The translations under genes and the position numbers were made by a program. Under the pieces are notes generated by a model. The model searched no databases. It was given only the letters and a program-made list of their open reading frames with translations, and had not been told where the DNA came from. A stretch of DNA of 64,000 nt from Blepharisma stoltei ATCC 30299 (taxonomy: Eukaryota > Protista > Ciliophora): contig CBFDEM010000005.1 in assembly GCA_965603825.1 (NCBI GenBank), positions 558,001 to 622,000 on the forward strand, read 5' to 3'. Below are positions 58,551-64,000 of this stretch, one piece after another; the stretch's first letter is position 1, and each line of letters opens with the position of its first letter.

Positions 58551-60461
58551 ATGGGGAAAAAAGCATTCATAAGCAGACATATCGTTCTCTGTAGTAATTC
58601 CGTCACTAAGTGCAGCAAGCCAGTGTATGGAATAATTTTAATTGACAACGAAGTAATTTATGATGTTATCACGATCGAGAAGGACATTCAAGTCTACGAA
58701 GTGATTGAGAAGTACTACGATTGAAACCCTGTTGACTGTGAAGACCTTTATATTTCCCCAGGCTTAATAGACCTAAGCGTTAGAAGAGAATGAGAAGACT
58801 ATTCTCACCTCACCAAGGCTGCAATTGCTGGAGGTGTCTCTTTTCTTCTAGAAGAAGTCGGCTACTATGTGGATCACCCTACCTCAACTGGTGAACTTTT
58901 CTGTGATATTGGGAAATTAGCCACAGTGGACATCTCCAGTTTTGAAAGGATTAGAGAACTTTCTGGGCAAGGCTATCTGGGAGTCCGAGGGTACCTTTTT
59001 CCTCCAAGTTCTACAGTTCAATGCATTCCAAATAACCTCAGCGTAGTCTTTTCAGAAATTTCCCAGATGCAAATGGTTCTATTCTTAGATCCAACACTTG
59101 CAAATCCGAGGATGCTCTATATAGCCTCTCCTATGAGACTGGTAGGGCTAGAAGAGAGATTCCAATCTTCAGCTCTGAGCGGCAGTCCAGCTAAGATTTT
59201 TGCGGGGGCTTTTCCTGATAATGCCGTGGAGTCAGAAGAGTCAGATAAAGACGAAGAAGTAGAAATCCCAGTAGCCAGGCTTAGAAGGATGACTTTATGT
59301 ATTGATAACTATTCCACTCCTATAAAAAGCAGATCAAATTCAGATATGTGAACTGATGTAGCTACCAAGAATGACCCAGAGCTCAAAATCAACTCAATAG
59401 CTGAAGCAGGAGAAGAAGAAGAATTAAGTCCAAAAAAAGTGAGGAAAAACCTGCATACAATTTTCGATGACCTAGACAAAAGGATCAAGGAGAGCTACCA
59501 AAGTATTGAGAACCTAAGTTTGGCAGAGCAAAACACATATACAAACTCAGGGTCTACTAATTTTACTTCTCTATCTCCTAGTAGGTGCAATCCGATAGAT
59601 AGCGAGCATAAGCAAGAAAACTCTTATCGCTCTAGGATAGAAAAACGACGACCTCCCTCTTTAAGTATTAAAACAGAAGACAAAACAATCAAAGAGCAAG
59701 CATATTTGTACCATCTTGCAAACTACCCAGACCATTGGGAAACTTCAGGAGTAGAAAAAGTGATCCAAGAGCTAAAGAAATCAAGTTGCAGAGTTCACAT
59801 CACAAATATATCATCAGCTGCAGCCATTAATAGAGTGAGGCAGGCAAAAGATGAATTCCCGCTGCTCACTTGTGAAATCCCGGCTTATCATTTAAGCTTT
59901 ACAAGTGCTGCAATTAAGGATGGAGACACAAGATTCAAAACAAGCCCTCCAATTAGAAATCAGTCAAATTTAATGCTTCTGTGGGACTTGCTGAAGATGA
60001 ATGCAATAGATTCAATTAGTTCTCAGCACGCATCAATAAAACCAGAACATAAAGCTTTGCACTCAGGCAATTTCCAAAAAGCTTTAAATGGAATAAACTC
60101 ATTAGGCTTCACACTACAAGCTGTCTGGACTATGCTCAATGCTCCTGCGTCTACAAGTTCCCAGCTTGAGCATTATATTGTAAGGCTTGCCAAATGGTTG
60201 AGCCTGCGCCCTGCAAGGATTTTGAACATTGATGACACCAGAGGTAGCATTGAAAAAGGCAAATATGCAGACTTGGTAATTTGGGATCCTTATGATAGAT
60301 TTAGGGTTAGAGAAATTCAATCACAATATCCTGAAGTTTCTCCTTTTATAAATATGGACCTGATGGGGAAAATTCACCAGGTTTATCTGAGAGGAAAACT
60401 TGCTTTTTCCAACAATGAGTTCTACCCAAGAGGGAAAAAAGTATTAAAATTAGATGCTTAA
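58551..60461 (+). CDS. Allantoinase/dihydroorotase-like amidohydrolase, apparently catalytically dead, with large insertion (636 aa)
   Basis: SPGLIDL, TKAAIAGGV, RVHITNISSA, LTCEIPAYHL, FKTSPPIR, PARILNI...GSIEKGKYADLVIWDP; in frame via three TGA. Confidence 0.85.
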
Positions 60462-60488
60462 TGTTGTTGTTAATTTTCTCTTATAAAG

Positions 60489-61223
60489 ATGAGCTTTGGT
60501 ATTTATCAAAGCTATATAAGACAGCCAGAAAAATTTTTCGCTCCTTCTGTGCCTTATAAAGTCGGCAAATATAAAAGTCCAAGGCGGAATTTTAAAAGTC
60601 CTGAGGTTTATAGTTCTCATGCAGCTCCTGTTACAATTACTAACTTCTCCAACAAATCTCTTATAACTAGCAGACTTTCTTCAAGGGCTTCTCCAAGATA
60701 TTCAACAGAGATGGATTGGTCAAGAGATAACAGAAAGTTGGATAACAGAAGAAAAACTTCAATGGATTTTCAAAAAAATGACTCATTGTATATGAATTCA
60801 TACTCAGAATGCTCGAATCTGTGTCTGAATAAAGTGAATTTAAGTCTGGAAGAGCCTGCGATAAAACGACCTACTACAAAGTCAGTGCGGAGATCAACAG
60901 AAAGTGAAAACGTTTTTTCAAACCAAAAGGAAATTATTAGGGAAAGTTATGCTTATTTAAGACCGAAATCGATGAAATATACACAGTATCTGAAAGGGCA
61001 TGAAGTGAGTGAAAGAAAATACCCAAAATCAAGCAGATCTTATAGCGTCAGGAGAGATGAGAGAGGACAAACTGAACAAAACCACAAAAGACCAAGAATT
61101 GAGAACTTGGAGAAATATACGTCAGAGAAAGTAAGAAATGTGAGGTCAACTCGATATGAATGCTTTTCACCAGGACTTTATCAGAGTGCTATAATTAGCA
61201 ACTATTTACTCGAATTACAATAA
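60489..61223 (+). CDS. Hypothetical basic Ser/Arg-rich protein
   Basis: 244-codon ORF from ATG to TAA. Confidence 0.65.
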   Translation: MSFGIYQSYIRQPEKFFAPSVPYKVGKYKSPRRNFKSPEVYSSHAAPVTITNFSNKSLITSRLSSRASPRYSTEMDWSRDNRKLDNRRKTSMDFQKNDSLYMNSYSECSNLCLNKVNLSLEEPAIKRPTTKSVRRSTESENVFSNQKEIIRESYAYLRPKSMKYTQYLKGHEVSERKYPKSSRSYSVRRDERGQTEQNHKRPRIENLEKYTSEKVRNVRSTRYECFSPGLYQSAIISNYLLELQ

Positions 61224-61400
61224 AAATAGTAATGTGTAACATAAACAGGTTTCTTACTTTGTAATTAAAGATTTCGAATAGTCCTTGCTGTGTAACTGCG
61301 CGTCTAACTTATATTATTTTAATGAGTTTGCTTAATGAGTGGCTAAAATATGCATTATTACCATACTTGTAATAATTATTTCCCCAGCTTCACCATATAA

Positions 61401-62555
61401 ATGCTAAGAGGATTTAACTGGGCCGTTTGCTTTTTTGTTTCTGGCATGTTTATATTTGGAGTCTCCAATGCCATGACAGCTAAATGAATGGATCAGACCG
61501 AGTTCGATGGAAAAACTTTTTCTCACCCTTACTTTCAATGCGCTTCAATGTTCCTTGGTGAATCTTTGTGTTTGGTATTTTATGTGATCGTTAAAATAAT
61601 TGCAAAAAGAAAACAGTCTCAAAAGAATGACAGCTTTATCCCTAAAATATCAGCTGAAACTGACCAAACCAGTATGATAGCTAAATTTGGGCCTTTATGC
61701 TTTGCATTAGCGGCTTTTCTTGATCTTTGTGGATCTTTGATGGACTACATAGGCTTGAATCTAACCGCAATCTCTGTATACCAAATGATCAGAGCTTTCA
61801 GAGTTATTATTGTGGCAATATATTCTGTTATCTTTCTTAAGCGACATCTTTATAAGCATGAAGTCACAGGAATTGGGCTTATCTTTGTAGGGGTTGCTAT
61901 TGTTGGGCTATCAAGCGTCTTATACAAATCAAGCTCCTCCAAAAATCCAGTGTTAGGGATAGTTGTAATTGGTATAGGACAGCTCTTTTCTGGGTCTAAT
62001 TTTGTGCTTGAAGAAAAGTTTTTGAAGAAATTGAAGATTGATCCATTGAAAGCTGTCGGAATAGAAGGTATTTCAGGGATCTTTTATTTTGCGATAATCC
62101 TTCCAATATTAAACGCCATACCTTGTCATGGCAGTGATATGTGCTCTGATGGGTATGTGGAAGACTCTCTTAATGCTTTCTACCAAATAGGGACGAATGG
62201 CCTGCTCTTTTTCGTATGGTGCTTTTTCATGATCACAATCTGTTTTTTTAATTGGACAAGCATTGGAACTACAAGTGCTGCAAGTGCACTTGTCAGATCA
62301 ATAGCTGATGCAACCAGAGCAATTATCATTTGGATTATCAGCATTTCAGTAGGATGGGAAGAGTTTGTATGGCTTCAACTTATAGGATTCCTTATTTTGC
62401 TTCTGGGGACAATGACTTATAACGAAGTGATTGTTTTGCCTGGATTTAAAAATTCAGTTATGAAAAAGAGACAAGATAAGGAGTTAGCTGCGAAGATAGA
62501 GCAAGAGAATATCAAAGCTATTCGAATAAGTGACATAACTAAAGATGCCAATTAA
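61401..62555 (+). CDS. SLC35F6: SLC35F6-like drug/metabolite (nucleotide-sugar) transporter (384 aa)
   Basis: GMFIFGVSNAMTAK-W(TGA)-MD, FSHPYFQCASMFLGESLCL, SVYQMIR, LEEKFL, VGIEG, WLQLIGF; about 10 TM segments. Confidence 0.82.
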
Positions 62556-62638
62556 TTTTTATTAGGGAGTATATGATCATGAGTTAAATTCTTTTTGTGC
62601 ATTCTATTTTTGAAGAATTATCATTAACTAAATGTTAA

Positions 62639-63283
62639 TTAAGCTTTGACTGCATCAGGCTGATTTTCAGGGGCAGCTCTTTGGATTTCAGGCAAAGCTA
62701 ATAGAGCTTCAGTAACTCTGGAAACAATTGGGAATGGAGTCAAATCCACATTAAACCTTCTTGCGTTATAAACTTGAGGAACAAGACATGCATCAGCAAT
62801 GGTAAGCTGATCACCTACACAATATGTCCCTGCAACTTGTTCTAGCACTCTTTCAACAGCTCTGAGCCCGTCAGTAATAACTTCAGCAGCCCACTCAGTT
62901 TTATTCCCTCCTAGAGCTTCAATTCTATTAATAATTGTCAAGTTTTGCAATGGCTGGATCCATGAATTAATTATTTCACAAATTTCCCACATCTTGGCCC
63001 TAAGAATCGGTGTAGAAGGAAGTACAGAAGGAGTTGGTTGGATGTCTTCAAGATAATGAATAATGGCTAAGCTTTGAGATATTCCAACACCTTCTCCATG
63101 TAGGTATGGGACTTGCTTAAGAGGATTCTTCTCAATGAACTCATCGCCCTTTTGTTCTCCTGAAAGAAGATTGATAGCATGGTAATGGTGTGGGATGTTT
63201 TTGATGCTCAAAACAATTCTGACTCTCCAGCTGCATGAGCTTCTCCAATAGCTGAAAAGGGTGTAGTCCATATTCGAAGACAT
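62639..63283 (-). CDS. GSTZ1: Glutathione S-transferase zeta / maleylacetoacetate isomerase
   Basis: SYWRSSCSWRVRI, NPLKQVP, SQSLAII, IQPLQN, ADACLVPQVYNARRF, PENQPD. Confidence 0.95.
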   Translation of the reverse strand: MSSNMDYTLFSYWRSSCSWRVRIVLSIKNIPHHYHAINLLSGEQKGDEFIEKNPLKQVPYLHGEGVGISQSLAIIHYLEDIQPTPSVLPSTPILRAKMWEICEIINSWIQPLQNLTIINRIEALGGNKTEWAAEVITDGLRAVERVLEQVAGTYCVGDQLTIADACLVPQVYNARRFNVDLTPFPIVSRVTEALLALPEIQRAAPENQPDAVKA

Positions 63284-63344
63284 TTTATTGTTAATTTGAA
63301 TAGCTGGATAGTCTAAAATTGATTAATTAAGCTTCTAACAGGAA

Positions 63345-63644
63345 TTAGGCTGAACCACCGTTATCTTTAAAGTCATACAAAAATGGAAGCAGGATATCAC
63401 AGTCTTCTTTTACAAGAGTTCCATCGGCACACATTTCTTCAGCGTTCAAGATTCCATCTTCTACAGTTGCGATGCCGTTAGAGACATCCTTAGTGATCCA
63501 GTTTGTGATTTCATGTGAAATTTCGGCATCGGACAATTGTTCTAGGAAGTTTGTTTTGGAGAACATTCCTTTCTTTATTGCATCTGCATCAACTGCTAAG
63601 CAGGAAACTACAATGAGAGCACAGATTAAAATTTTGGTTGCCAT
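63345..63644 (-). CDS. Small acidic secreted protein (signal peptide), 99 aa
   Basis: MATKILICALIVVSCLA signal peptide; two mature-region Cys; TAA stop. Confidence 0.7.
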   Translation of the reverse strand: MATKILICALIVVSCLAVDADAIKKGMFSKTNFLEQLSDAEISHEITNWITKDVSNGIATVEDGILNAEEMCADGTLVKEDCDILLPFLYDFKDNGGSA

Positions 63645-64000
63645 TATATGTTTATATTTGTTTAAAAATTAACGTTAAGATTTGTTAGTAAGCTAACGTT
63701 CAATGAACAAAAATGGAGTTTTTAACAATTTGAGCACACATTGAAAATTAAGGCAATCTTAAAAAGTGGGATTGATAATTAAATTCTATATGTAATAGTA
63801 TTAAGTGTCAGGAGTTCTTAGCATAAAAATATTCACACATTAGAGAGCAGATTGTTTTGAGAGGCATTCCAAAACATAAAAAAAGTAAAATATGAACATA
63901 TAAATCATGTTTCTTCATATACCCGATATCAGTGTATCCTCCACATAGTTCGTAGCAGTAGGGAATACAAGCTTGGAAACAGAAGACCAAGGATTTGAAA

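Noticed and set aside
465-60461. Many fragmented ORFs suggesting pseudogenes
   Set aside because: Fragments are in the same frame and separated only by TGA at Trp positions or by 15-16 nt introns, so the genes are intact.
63750-64000. Partial gene at the right window edge
   Set aside because: Several frames on both strands are open under UGA=Trp and none has a recognisable motif.
1-64000. CRISPR arrays, transposases, tRNAs or selenoprotein genes
   Set aside because: None recognised; the TGA codons that could be aligned correspond to Trp, not Cys/Sec positions.

Overview
AT-rich, very gene-dense eukaryotic DNA that reads as a heterotrich ciliate somatic (macronuclear) chromosome, most consistent with Blepharisma. 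In-frame TGA codons fall on conserved Trp positions (PP2C DGV-W-E, UCH37 FLFK-W, kinase DI-W-S, channel AH-W-AAC). Every gene I could trace ends in TAA or TAG. Genes are interrupted by 15-16 nt GT-AG introns with an A at position 10 or 11. The supplied ORF track uses the wrong code and fragments most genes. Re-reading with UGA=Trp and tiny introns gives about 39 protein-coding genes, including a P2X receptor, PP2C, UCH37, Sec24, CFAP119, Mak21/CEBPZ, a DUF229 protein, CCT, a CNBD K+ channel, IFT46, PSTK, CWC21, a TUTase-like protein, calcineurin A, an importin-11-like protein, an Sfi1-repeat protein, an SNF1-like kinase, symplekin, an allantoinase-like protein, SLC35F6 and GSTZ1. Some genes are only 3-17 bp apart. 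The most unusual element is at about 40.6-41.3 kb: a mutated, 5'-truncated copy of the last ~530 nt of LSU (28S) rRNA with a 3' hairpin, fused at the peptidyl-transferase centre to a ~120 nt structured leader, inside an AT-rich island flanked by two related B-box-like Zn-finger/coiled-coil genes. Other highlights are an allantoinase homologue lacking all metal ligands, a P2X lacking the ATP-binding lysines, Sec machinery (PSTK) in a UGA=Trp genome, a probable non-canonical GT-TG intron and an intron splitting an ATG. All assignments are by eye and from recalled family motifs; no searches were run.
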